Origin: a virus
Taxonomy: Duplodnaviria > Caudoviricetes
DNA: 64,000 bases
Strand: one strand, 5' to 3'
Virus record (IMG/VR): IMGVR_UViG_3300033463_000032
Span: 32,001 to 96,000 of that record
Below are positions 23,840 to 33,454 of this stretch, one piece after another. The notes beneath the pieces are model-generated. The model was given only the letters and a program-made list of their open reading frames with translations. It did not search any database and was not told the DNA's origin. Both the position numbers and the translations under genes were made by a program. The first letter of the stretch is position 1. Every line of letters starts with the position of its first letter.

Positions 23840-24284
23840 TTTTACATTAGATGAAGAAGAACTTTATGATAAAGACTTACTTGCTAAGTTTTGTGATAAG
23901 GTTGTAGAAAGCTTAAGAACGGATATAAAGAATGGTTTAATTCCTACTAAATATCCGTTACTTGAAGAAGGTTTATTAAATGCTACATGGATAACATGGA
24001 CTGATAAACCTAAAACAATCAATGTAGAAAGTGTAATTGATAAGATCTTAGAATGTATTACTTGGAGACAAAGAAGATTAACATATCAGATATATATAAG
24101 AACTGATGTGATGCTTCCATATACAGTTAATACTACTTTAGAAAGTGTTGCTAGGTTTATTGATAAAGGAAACAATGTAACCAAGTATTCAACTTTATTG
24201 AGTAGAGAATTTAACAGATATGAAAAGAATATGGAAGATTATTGGAAAACATATAAGGAATTCGGTTACATCTTAGATGTATGA
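23829..24284 (+). CDS. hypothetical structural-region protein
   Basis: ORF (MEINF start) coupled to the previous gene. Confidence 0.6.
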   Translation: MEINFTLDEEELYDKDLLAKFCDKVVESLRTDIKNGLIPTKYPLLEEGLLNATWITWTDKPKTINVESVIDKILECITWRQRRLTYQIYIRTDVMLPYTVNTTLESVARFIDKGNNVTKYSTLLSREFNRYEKNMEDYWKTYKEFGYILDV

Positions 24285-24301
24285 CAGAAAGGAAAAGATA
24301 A

Positions 24302-24898
24302 ATGTTTTATTTGTATGATACAGCATTAGTAAATGATCTAAGAAGTATCTTTTCTGATGGTAGAATATTTATCTGTCCTCCGGATAGGGTATTTGCTACT
24401 ATAGGCAGACTTAATGAAGATGATGTTAAGATGCCTATGATATCAGTCTTAAGAACCGGGACTTCTTTAGGTAATTCACAACACCCTATGAGGTTTACTG
24501 GTGAACTCTTATCTATAGATCCGGAAACTAATGTCAATGTAAAAGTACAGGCAATTCCGATTACTATTAATTGGCAGATAGATGTGTGGTCTAAACATAG
24601 AGAAGAAAATGACAATATAGTAAGAGAATTAATTTTCTACTATATGACACACCCTACTTTGTTAGTCGATATTCCTTATGGAACTAATCTAAAGCATAAC
24701 TTCAACATATTCTTTGACAGTAACATTGAAGATAATTCTGATATATCAGATCATGTTAATAGGGGTGAATACTTTAGACAAACATTATCAGTTTATTCTG
24801 ATGATGCTTATCTTTGGAAGAGTATGGCGAATAAACCTACATACTTTGGTGGTGTTGATCTTTATATTAAGGATGGTGATAAATACGTTCAGGATTAA
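24302..24898 (+). CDS. tail terminator / sheath stabiliser (gp15-like)
   Basis: MPMISVLR, AIPITINWQIDVW; just upstream of the sheath gene. Confidence 0.6.
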   Translation: MFYLYDTALVNDLRSIFSDGRIFICPPDRVFATIGRLNEDDVKMPMISVLRTGTSLGNSQHPMRFTGELLSIDPETNVNVKVQAIPITINWQIDVWSKHREENDNIVRELIFYYMTHPTLLVDIPYGTNLKHNFNIFFDSNIEDNSDISDHVNRGEYFRQTLSVYSDDAYLWKSMANKPTYFGGVDLYIKDGDKYVQD

Positions 24899-25142
24899 AA
24901 ATCTAACTAATGGTTATATTCCATTTAAGGGATTTTCTTTAAAGGCTAAAGAAGTGAAAAACATAGATTCTGGTTTGTTTGAAACTAATAAATCTATGAT
25001 CCTATCTTTAGAACGTGAAAGAAAGATTTCCTTTAATATTGTAAAGATACAGGTTGTTGAACAACCTATTGAACAAGAAGTAACTCCCTCTACTTCTTCA
25101 AATAAAAGAGGAAGAAAATCTAAATCTAAAAAAGGAGATTAA
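24873..25142 (+). CDS. small basic hypothetical protein
   Basis: 3' part of ORF 24714-25142; start chosen to avoid a long overlap. Confidence 0.5.
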   Translation: MVINTFRIKNLTNGYIPFKGFSLKAKEVKNIDSGLFETNKSMILSLERERKISFNIVKIQVVEQPIEQEVTPSTSSNKRGRKSKSKKGD

Positions 25143-25146
25143 GTAA

Positions 25147-26820
25147 ATGCCGAGAGTCATTATAAATGAAATTGACAGAACTCAGTACAATGTTACTACA
25201 AATGAGTCAGACAATATTGTTTATGTACCAGGTGCTGCTATTACAGGACCGGTAGATCAGGCTTATCTTTGCAGAAGTCTTACAGAGTTTCAAGCAATGT
25301 TTGGTGGTTACAGTCCAAACTATGAAGAAACTACAATGAGTGCTTGGGAGTATGCTTGCAATCTGTTACTTAATGGTTTTCCTGTATTATTCAGAAGAAT
25401 CGTTGGTACATACGATAGTGAAACTGATGATTATGATCTTTCACATAAAGCATCTGTTGTCTTTGCTGACAATTCCACTCCTGCGGTAACACAGTTTACA
25501 GTAACGGCAATTGAAACAGGTTCTACTGGTAATGATGTTGTTATCACTATGGTTAAGCCTACTTATACTATTGAATCTGATGCAGTAACAGTAGCAGGTG
25601 AGATTGGTATTAAGATTAATGGTGTTGGTGAACCTCTTTCTATCACAGTAGGAATGACAACAACAGAAGTTGATGAAGCTTTTAAGGCCTATCTTGACGG
25701 TATTGAAAGTGATCTTGTTAAGATCGTTACCGAAACTTCTTTTGCTATCAATAGTGACTGGTTCTCTACTGGTACAGAACCTGATAAGACATATCCGCTT
25801 ACTGGTGGTGTAGATCCTACAGAACCGGAAATTATGACTTGGTTAGGTAGTAATGCAGAAGATGTTTTCAAGGAACTTAGAGATAAGGATATCCATGATG
25901 TTAAATTCCTTACTCTTGGTGGTAAGTATGCAAGTACTACAGATGCAGAAACAGAGGCTACTGATAAACTTGCTATTACAGAATTGGTAAAGATTGCTGC
26001 AGTTTATAGAAGGGATTGTCTTGTACTTCCTGATGTTCCGTATACTTTAGATGGTGATGAAATAGTAAATCCTTCTACTAAGGAAACATATTTTGATTCC
26101 ATTATGGAACAGTTTGATACAGAAGGTGCTGGATCTTCTTATGCTACTTCTGTAGCACCTTGGCTCTATCTTAGAGTTCCGCTTATTACAGTATCTGCAT
26201 CAAGAAATACTGCTGGTGAGAAGTTAGTTCCTAGTTCATTTATCTGGTTGTATGAACTTGCTAAGTCATTAAAGAATGGTAATCCTATTTGGTTAGCACC
26301 TGCCGGTGTAAACAGAGCGTCTGTACCGGAAGCTATCAAGGCTTACTTTGAAGTAGGTTCTATTATGGCAGAAGAATGGCAGACAGCACCTAGATATATC
26401 AATCCTATTCGTAAGATCAGAAACTATGGTTATGTTATCTTTGGCCAGAAAACTCTTTATAAGGTTGATGGTACAACAGATAGAAGAAGTGCTTTCCAGG
26501 ATCTTTCAGTTCGTATTACAGCAAATGAGATTAAGAGAAAGATTCGTGATATTTCCATATCACTTACTTTTGAAAACAACAATCTTAAGACTTGGAATGA
26601 GTTTAGAGCTCAATTAGATCCTTATCTTACATCTATTGCTGCTGATGGTGCTTTAGAGAACTATAAGATCATAATGGATTCAACAACTACAACAGATGAA
26701 GATATTAATAACAATACCATTAGAGGTACTATTATTGTTCAGTTAGCTAGAGCAGCAGAAAACTTTAATATTGACTTCATTGTTACTAATAGTTCTGCTG
26801 AATTTGAAGAGTCATACTAA
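25147..26820 (+). CDS. tail sheath protein (gp18-like)
   Basis: MPRVIINEID; W.APAG..R; INPI...IFGQKTL; VR...FE.N. Confidence 0.92.
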   Translation: MPRVIINEIDRTQYNVTTNESDNIVYVPGAAITGPVDQAYLCRSLTEFQAMFGGYSPNYEETTMSAWEYACNLLLNGFPVLFRRIVGTYDSETDDYDLSHKASVVFADNSTPAVTQFTVTAIETGSTGNDVVITMVKPTYTIESDAVTVAGEIGIKINGVGEPLSITVGMTTTEVDEAFKAYLDGIESDLVKIVTETSFAINSDWFSTGTEPDKTYPLTGGVDPTEPEIMTWLGSNAEDVFKELRDKDIHDVKFLTLGGKYASTTDAETEATDKLAITELVKIAAVYRRDCLVLPDVPYTLDGDEIVNPSTKETYFDSIMEQFDTEGAGSSYATSVAPWLYLRVPLITVSASRNTAGEKLVPSSFIWLYELAKSLKNGNPIWLAPAGVNRASVPEAIKAYFEVGSIMAEEWQTAPRYINPIRKIRNYGYVIFGQKTLYKVDGTTDRRSAFQDLSVRITANEIKRKIRDISISLTFENNNLKTWNEFRAQLDPYLTSIAADGALENYKIIMDSTTTTDEDINNNTIRGTIIVQLARAAENFNIDFIVTNSSAEFEESY

Positions 26821-26839
26821 TAGAAAGGAGTGAATACTA

Positions 26840-27448
26840 ATGGCTGATTATTCTTTAAACTATAATCTTGGTACTTACCATATGGTAGGTAAAGACTCCT
26901 TTGAGCCACAAAGAACCAATAACTTTGAACTCCAGATTACCGGACTTCAAGATTATTATGAGTTTGATTCCAATGATAAGGGTATTGGTAAGAATAAACT
27001 TGCATCTAATGTAGGAAATCTTCTTACTCTTTCAGTATCAGACTTTACAGCACCTAATATTGAAATGTCTAATATTGAAGTTCCTTATGCAAACAACAAA
27101 GTAAAGTATGCTGGTGTTCCTAACTTTGGTGGTGGTAATATTACATTCAATGACTTTCTTGGAATTGATACAGAAAAGATCTTATCTTCTTGGTTTAAGG
27201 AAGTTTATAATGTAAGATCTCAAAAAGTAGGTAGGGCATCCAGATATAAGAGAACGGCATATCTTATTGAGTATGATCCTTCCGGTGAATCTGCAAGAGT
27301 TTGGCAGTTAAACGGTTGCTGGATTTCTTCTCTTGATCTTGGTCAGTTTGCTCAGGGTACCAATGATGTAAGAAAGATTTCTTGTTCTTTCACATATGAT
27401 AACTGTTATCCTACAGATATGTTTAACAACACATACAAAAATCAATAA
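26840..27448 (+). CDS. tail tube protein (gp19-like)
   Basis: EPQRTNNF, KYAG, W.L.GCW, F.YD; follows the sheath gene. Confidence 0.85.
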   Translation: MADYSLNYNLGTYHMVGKDSFEPQRTNNFELQITGLQDYYEFDSNDKGIGKNKLASNVGNLLTLSVSDFTAPNIEMSNIEVPYANNKVKYAGVPNFGGGNITFNDFLGIDTEKILSSWFKEVYNVRSQKVGRASRYKRTAYLIEYDPSGESARVWQLNGCWISSLDLGQFAQGTNDVRKISCSFTYDNCYPTDMFNNTYKNQ

Positions 27449-27466
27449 TTATGTTTTATAATGAAA

Positions 27467-27493
27467 AGGTAGTACTCGTTTAGGGTACTACCT
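27467..27493 (+). terminator. hairpin after the tube gene
   Basis: AGGTAGTACTC / GGGTACTACCT. Confidence 0.55.
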
Positions 27494-27540
27494 ATCATTA
27501 TATTTATCATCATCTATATTTTATTTAGGAGGAAATCAAA

Positions 27541-28296
27541 ATGTCTGAAAGAGTTGCTTATGAAGAAACTTATCAAATCCCCGGATATGCTCTTTATGAT
27601 CCTAAGATTGTGGCCAGAGACTTTACACTTAGAGCAATGACTACTAAGGAAGAAAAGTTAAGAGTTTCTTCTATTGGAATGAAAACAATATCTAAGATCA
27701 TCAAGAATTGTCTGGTATCTCATCCTGATCTTGATGTAAATCAACTTAGGTTGTTTGATCTTCAATACTTGATGTATAAACTTAGAATAGTAACATATGG
27801 TAGTGATTACAATGTAAGTTTTGTATGTCCATACTGTAATAAAGTAACAACTACTACAGTAGATCTGGATAAGCTTAATGTGGTAGAAGTACCAGAAGAT
27901 TTTGAAGAACCTTTTGAAATAGGACCATTACCTATGTCAAAAGATACAATTCAATGTAGACTTCTGACTGCACAAGATGTAGAAGATATCTTTGCTGAAA
28001 GTAAAAAGAAGTTAGAGAAGTTTCCGGAAATGGAAGAAGATCCTTCATTTATTATTGAACAGCAACATAAGATCATATCAGTTAATGATCAGCAGTTAGT
28101 TCCACAGATGTTACAGAATTATATTGAAGGATTACATGCCAGAGATTTCCAATACTTTAGTTCAAAGTACGAAGAAAAGTCAGAAGGTTTTGGAATAGAT
28201 AAGAATGTAACATGTACTTGTAAGCATTGTAAGAAAGAGTTCACAAGAGAACTTCCAATGACAGAAGAGTTTTTTCGACCATCCTACCATGACTGA
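27541..28296 (+). CDS. baseplate hub assembly protein (gp26-like)
   Basis: LRAMTTKEE, D..YL...LR..TYG..Y, CPYC, CKHC, C-terminal FFRP. Confidence 0.7.
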   Translation: MSERVAYEETYQIPGYALYDPKIVARDFTLRAMTTKEEKLRVSSIGMKTISKIIKNCLVSHPDLDVNQLRLFDLQYLMYKLRIVTYGSDYNVSFVCPYCNKVTTTTVDLDKLNVVEVPEDFEEPFEIGPLPMSKDTIQCRLLTAQDVEDIFAESKKKLEKFPEMEEDPSFIIEQQHKIISVNDQQLVPQMLQNYIEGLHARDFQYFSSKYEEKSEGFGIDKNVTCTCKHCKKEFTRELPMTEEFFRPSYHD

Positions 28297-28483
28297 TGAA
28301 GGTAGGTTGAGTACTCAAATCTTTTATGACAATGTAGTAAAACAACAAGTGCAGATCAGTTATTATTGTAACGGTATCACATTATCTGATACTGATGAAA
28401 TCAGTCCTTATGATAGAAATCTGATCTATAAAACAATAACGGAGATCAAAAAACAAGAAGCAGATTTAATGAAGGCTAAATAA
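28289..28483 (+). CDS. small baseplate/tail assembly chaperone (gp51-like position)
   Basis: Overlapping ORF between the gp26-like and tape measure genes. Confidence 0.5.
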   Translation: MTDEGRLSTQIFYDNVVKQQVQISYYCNGITLSDTDEISPYDRNLIYKTITEIKKQEADLMKAK

Positions 28484-28518
28484 AAGGAGAGGGTTCTGAT
28501 TGGTAAAAGGTCTAAAAA

Positions 28519-28607
28519 GCACCAAATACCTCTCAGAACTCTTTTGTTTAATTCAGAATGAAATTATACTAAGAAACATTTGAAGTGTCTTAGAATTGAT
28601 TCTAGAT
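28519..28607. repeat. dispersed inverted-repeat element, copy D (left arm degenerate)
   Basis: GTGTCTTAGAATTGA (28585-28599) is the exact reverse complement of 19927-19941. Confidence 0.5.
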
Positions 28608-28627
28608 AGGTTATAGGAGAAGTTACA

Positions 28628-31246
28628 ATGGCTAAGAAGTCAGGAAATGAATTTACCAATGCTAAATTCACAAATGCACAGTTTATAGGTAATAACAGTT
28701 CTAGGAGTAGATATATTGATAACTCCAAGTCTGTTAGTGATCTTAATGGTGTAAATAAACAAACTCAAGAATCAGTACATAGTAATAACAAGACCACTTT
28801 AGATGAATATACAGATTTATATAAATCTCTTGTAGGTTTACATAAAACAGAATATCTGGATAAGATTTCTAAGAATGAGAAGGAACATTATACTAAGCTC
28901 CTTGCTCCTAATACTAATGGTTTTATTTATAACTCTTATGATAAGCTTTATAGAGCATTAGAAGAAAGACACCAGAAATATCTTGATGCTATTAGTGGTG
29001 GTAGGGTAGAAACTGATGTAGAACCAGGAAAAGAACAAAAGCCACAAGAAGATTCTACTTCTGCTATTATTACTAATATTTATAAGGCACTTACTGAACT
29101 TGATGCCGGACAAGACACTACCATTAATCTTGTTAAACAGAATTTAAATCTTAGTACTGCTATGGCTACTTTTCTTGTTGCCTATGGTAAGACAAATGAA
29201 AAATTAGCAAATGCACAAAGAGATTTACAAACTGCAATAGACAAAACAGATACTGTATCTGGTAAAGATCCTGAAAACAAATCTGATAAAAAAGGAAAAA
29301 AGAACACCAATGAATTTTTAAAAGATATCTATGGCGGTATTCAGGAATTTACAAAGACAACTGTAGATAACTTAGTAGTTGGTAAGAGTAATCAAAAACT
29401 GATGAGAGATGTTTTTGATATTATTCGTGTGTTCCAAAAACAAGAATCAGTTACCAGTTCTATTGTAGAACTGATAATGATTGCCGTTAGAGAAGTTACA
29501 TCATTTATTGGTGAATCCATTACAGAGCATTATCAAACTCAGGAAAATACATACAGTCAATTTGGTTTGTATTTAATGAGAGCAGATGACTACTATGAAC
29601 AAAATGCTTTGTATAACAATGAAATGGCTTCTAAGATTTCTGATCTGTATGGATTAGAATTGCAGAACAATGTTAAATCTACAGAATGGTGGACAAAGCA
29701 AGTTGAACTGTTATCTAAAGGCTTTAGTGCAGAAGATAGCAGATCTGCAGCATTACAAAGCATCATACTTAATAAAGTTGCACCTAATTTAGATACATCT
29801 TCAAGTATCTTTATGGATTTGCAACAGTATGGTATGAATGAGATCATTCATAGTTTAGGTGGACTTGTAGAAGCTACCAGAGAAAATGCCGGAACTTCTA
29901 GGATTACAATGGGTAGTATGAGTACCATTGTAGATAAATTAGCTCCTATTGAACTGTATGCTAAAAAAGGATTATTAAACGAAAAAGCATCTGCTATGTT
30001 ATCAGCACTTGAAGATAGTGGTATGGCAACAGAAGATGCTTTGAACTTAGTAACAACAGCAAGTGGTGTATGGAGTGATGTTTATGGAAAACTTACAAGT
30101 GGTTCTGCTGCTGAAAGACTTGCTGCTACTAGGATCTTAAGTGGTGATTATACAGATTTTGCTGATACAGTCTTAGGAATGTATGGCCAAAGTGCTGGGA
30201 TGCTTTCTGGTGTTCCCGGAAAAGGCACTCCTACTGGTGCTTTACTTACTGGTGGTGTGTCTAGTGCTATGGGTTATAGTTGGATAAATGCTTGGTCTAA
30301 TCCTAGTATCATTGATGCAGAATTTCAAAGAAAATATAATGAATATCTTGGAAATGGTGTATCACCAGACAGAGCATATAAATCATTAGAAGATCTGTTA
30401 AGAGAAGATTTCTTACAGACCGGAGATCAATTATTAGAAAATCAGCAGAATAATTTAACTATTGCTACTCAAATAAATGGTTTCTTACAAATGATGGCCT
30501 TAGATATTTCTAAGATTGTAAGTTATTTTGCTTTGTTGTTAGAAGATAGGGATATTAGTTATTATACAGCAGATGCTAATGCTACTCTTAAAAACTTAGA
30601 ACAACAAGTTAAACTGGGTACAATATCTCAGGAAGATTACAATAAAGAAGTTGCTAAGTGGAAAGAGCAAGAAACTAAAGGCCAAGAACAGTACATGGAG
30701 TATGAAAAAAGCAAAAATGCAACCATTGGTACTGCATTAGGTGTTGGACTTGGCATAGTAACTGGAAGTCCGGTGTTTGGTCTTGCAACTAAAGGACTTG
30801 TAAGTGGAGCAGGCTATTTAGGATTTGGTGGATATTCAACAGACTATAGCAGTATTAATAGTACTGCTAATCAATTATATGGTGCTTACGGAAAGGTATC
30901 TTCCAATACTGCTGAACAACAAATGAAAAATGCAGGTATTCCTGGATATGCAATAGGTGGTTATGTAAAGAATAAACAATTAGCTTGGGTTGCAGAACAA
31001 CAGCCAGAGATCATTACACCTATACCTCAATTAGCAAGTGCAGTAATGCAAGGTGTTAATTTAAGTAATCAAAACAGAGATTATACACCAATCATTACTG
31101 CTATTAATGTAGTAGGATCTGCGATAGTAGAAGCTATTAAGGATGGAAAAGATACTGTTTCATTCCGTCTTGATAGATCAACCGGATTACTTAGTGATGG
31201 TAATAAAAAACAATATACTAGTTTAAGGCCAATAATGAGGAGATAA
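28628..31246 (+). CDS. tape measure protein
   Basis: Long helical Ala/Gly/Ser-rich protein; GYAIGGYV...AWVAEQQPEIITP motif; synteny. Confidence 0.7.
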   Translation: MAKKSGNEFTNAKFTNAQFIGNNSSRSRYIDNSKSVSDLNGVNKQTQESVHSNNKTTLDEYTDLYKSLVGLHKTEYLDKISKNEKEHYTKLLAPNTNGFIYNSYDKLYRALEERHQKYLDAISGGRVETDVEPGKEQKPQEDSTSAIITNIYKALTELDAGQDTTINLVKQNLNLSTAMATFLVAYGKTNEKLANAQRDLQTAIDKTDTVSGKDPENKSDKKGKKNTNEFLKDIYGGIQEFTKTTVDNLVVGKSNQKLMRDVFDIIRVFQKQESVTSSIVELIMIAVREVTSFIGESITEHYQTQENTYSQFGLYLMRADDYYEQNALYNNEMASKISDLYGLELQNNVKSTEWWTKQVELLSKGFSAEDSRSAALQSIILNKVAPNLDTSSSIFMDLQQYGMNEIIHSLGGLVEATRENAGTSRITMGSMSTIVDKLAPIELYAKKGLLNEKASAMLSALEDSGMATEDALNLVTTASGVWSDVYGKLTSGSAAERLAATRILSGDYTDFADTVLGMYGQSAGMLSGVPGKGTPTGALLTGGVSSAMGYSWINAWSNPSIIDAEFQRKYNEYLGNGVSPDRAYKSLEDLLREDFLQTGDQLLENQQNNLTIATQINGFLQMMALDISKIVSYFALLLEDRDISYYTADANATLKNLEQQVKLGTISQEDYNKEVAKWKEQETKGQEQYMEYEKSKNATIGTALGVGLGIVTGSPVFGLATKGLVSGAGYLGFGGYSTDYSSINSTANQLYGAYGKVSSNTAEQQMKNAGIPGYAIGGYVKNKQLAWVAEQQPEIITPIPQLASAVMQGVNLSNQNRDYTPIITAINVVGSAIVEAIKDGKDTVSFRLDRSTGLLSDGNKKQYTSLRPIMRR

Positions 31247-31250
31247 GATT

Positions 31251-32423
31251 ATGAATCTTAACTATGGTGATACAAATCTTGAAGTAAGATATCTTGAAGC
31301 ATTTCTTCAAAATGAATACAGTTCTACTTTAAGAGTTAGTGGAATATATGATGCATATACACATGAAACTCTTATTGAGTATAATAATCTTCCAAAAGTT
31401 GAAGATGCTAATTCTTTTTATATTCATGTAATGAATGATTTTGGAGAATACTTAAGTAACTTTAAAGTTGCCATTCTGTCTGATTCCATTACATTTCTTT
31501 CTAAATCTGTATCACAATTGCCTGAATTAGATGATGATATGGAAGCATTAAGGAAGAATGATATTTTTCAGTATGTAAGAAAGTATGGTTGGTCCATAAC
31601 TCAATTTGTATCATATGTATCTAATACAGAAAGATATATGATACAGATAAGTAAAGATACTAGGAAAAATCTTATTCCAGCAGATGCTATTTCATTAATA
31701 AATCTTTCTACATCAAATATTCTTACTGGTACAAAATTAGATCAGAATTCACCAATGATAAAGAAGGATTCTACTAATGCTAAATGCTGTATGATAGTGC
31801 CTTGTTTACCAGATACAGAATACATATTGATACATAGATTTGCTACTGAATATGATCCATTAGATCCTACAGTTCCTATTTACCCAGAAATAGTAGTTGG
31901 TTCTTCACCATATCAATATCCAAATCTGAAAGAACTTTCTAACAATATTAAGAACAATGAATTAATCCAGGTAGAACAAGGAGTACCTACCATATATAAG
32001 ACTTCTGGTTCTGCTAATTCCATTATTCTTAGCTATGATTATGATAGATTAACTTATAACAAGTCTATTTTAGTGTTGAAGAAACCCAGTACTTTTGATG
32101 GAAGTTTTATAATAGATACTTCTGGTTTTATTCTTAATTACTGGCTAGTAAATACAAAGTATATGGATTATGTTTTAGGTAGTTCTATATGTGAATATTC
32201 TGATGAAGAAGATATAGCATATGCTCAAGATTTATTAGATACTGTATGTAGAGATTATCATATAGATAAAAAAGGTGTTTACACAGAAACATTTAGAGAT
32301 GCTATATTAAGATATCAACAGAAAAGAAAGATAACATTTGCATTAGGTTATATTGATGTTGAAACAGAAACTGCATTGTTAAAAGATCAAGAATCCAATA
32401 CAAGCATTACTATTTATTCTTAA
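31251..32423 (+). CDS. virion protein with peptidoglycan-binding-like domains
   Basis: L.YGD...EV..L...L...G.YD..T at the N-terminus; GVY...F..AI..YQ...G.ID.ET at the C-terminus. Confidence 0.5.
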   Translation: MNLNYGDTNLEVRYLEAFLQNEYSSTLRVSGIYDAYTHETLIEYNNLPKVEDANSFYIHVMNDFGEYLSNFKVAILSDSITFLSKSVSQLPELDDDMEALRKNDIFQYVRKYGWSITQFVSYVSNTERYMIQISKDTRKNLIPADAISLINLSTSNILTGTKLDQNSPMIKKDSTNAKCCMIVPCLPDTEYILIHRFATEYDPLDPTVPIYPEIVVGSSPYQYPNLKELSNNIKNNELIQVEQGVPTIYKTSGSANSIILSYDYDRLTYNKSILVLKKPSTFDGSFIIDTSGFILNYWLVNTKYMDYVLGSSICEYSDEEDIAYAQDLLDTVCRDYHIDKKGVYTETFRDAILRYQQKRKITFALGYIDVETETALLKDQESNTSITIYS

Positions 32424-32432
32424 AAGAAGGGA

Positions 32433-33044
32433 GTGTTCTATTTGCCATACTTTTTTTATAGACTGGATAATAACAGCACTTTCGTTAGAGAACAACAATA
32501 TGGACATGCAGAATCTCCGTTAAAGGGATTAAATTCTGAATGTTGGATGATAGTAAATCATACTGGTACTGGTAGTGATCCTTCTGATAACATATTTGCT
32601 TTACCTTGTTATCCTGAAAGTATTAGTGAATCACAAGATGCAAACTGGGTAACACAAGCTCCTTTAGGTAGATCATCACCATTGTCTACCTTTACAGGAA
32701 CTGGATATAGAACATTTGGATTATCCTTAAAGTTACATAGAGAAATGTGTAATGATGAAGCTTATATAGATAGAATTCTTTCAGAAATGAGAAAGTCTGT
32801 ATATCCTAAATATACTAAGACTGGTATGTTGCCACCAATTACCACATTCCAGTTTGGACAATTTAGATGTAAAGGATATGTGACCAGTATAAATTACAAC
32901 TGGCAAAAACCAATCATAGATGGATTTTATCAATTATGTGATGTATCACTTAGTTTTGTAGATGTACCTGATAAAGTATTTGCTGCTAACAATCTTACAT
33001 CTGTACCTACTAATCCTTTTGATAGATCACCGATTAGACCATAA
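32433..33044 (+). CDS. baseplate tube-initiator protein
   Basis: PESISES..ANW....LGRS.P...R...L.L; PP..F.FG. Confidence 0.65.
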   Translation: MFYLPYFFYRLDNNSTFVREQQYGHAESPLKGLNSECWMIVNHTGTGSDPSDNIFALPCYPESISESQDANWVTQAPLGRSSPLSTFTGTGYRTFGLSLKLHREMCNDEAYIDRILSEMRKSVYPKYTKTGMLPPITTFQFGQFRCKGYVTSINYNWQKPIIDGFYQLCDVSLSFVDVPDKVFAANNLTSVPTNPFDRSPIRP

Positions 33045-33055
33045 GAGGTGTTGTT

Positions 33056-33454
33056 ATGGAAGATAATTTTTATTATGACAACATAGGAAGTATCATTGCT
33101 TTTAGAAGAAAGATATATCCGGAATTGGAATATTATACACCTAGAAAGTATGATAGCCTTTCCAGATATGACAGTACTGAAAGGCTTTTGGATAATTTAA
33201 ATGGTGTTTACTATCATAAAACTTATGAACCGGTAGAGATACCATTATCAGATGGTGATACTTTTGTAACAGTAGATGTGCAAACGGAAAACAGATTAGA
33301 TATTATTGCAAATAACATTTATGGTTATGCACCATACTGGTGGATAATAGCTTTTGCAAATAATGTCATTGATCCTTTTAATGTACCTTTAGGAACGGTT
33401 CTTAGATGCCCACCTTTAATGAGTATCTATGGTAAAGGAAGTGTAATTAAATGA
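33056..33454 (+). CDS. LysM-type baseplate wedge protein (gp53-like)
   Basis: RLDIIA..IYG....WWIIA.AN...DPF...G..LR.P. Confidence 0.8.
   Translation: MEDNFYYDNIGSIIAFRRKIYPELEYYTPRKYDSLSRYDSTERLLDNLNGVYYHKTYEPVEIPLSDGDTFVTVDVQTENRLDIIANNIYGYAPYWWIIAFANNVIDPFNVPLGTVLRCPPLMSIYGKGSVIK

Noticed and set aside
24714-24872. Long N-terminal extension of ORF 24714-25142
   Set aside because: Overlaps the tail terminator gene by more than 150 nt; a start near 24873 with an SD is more plausible
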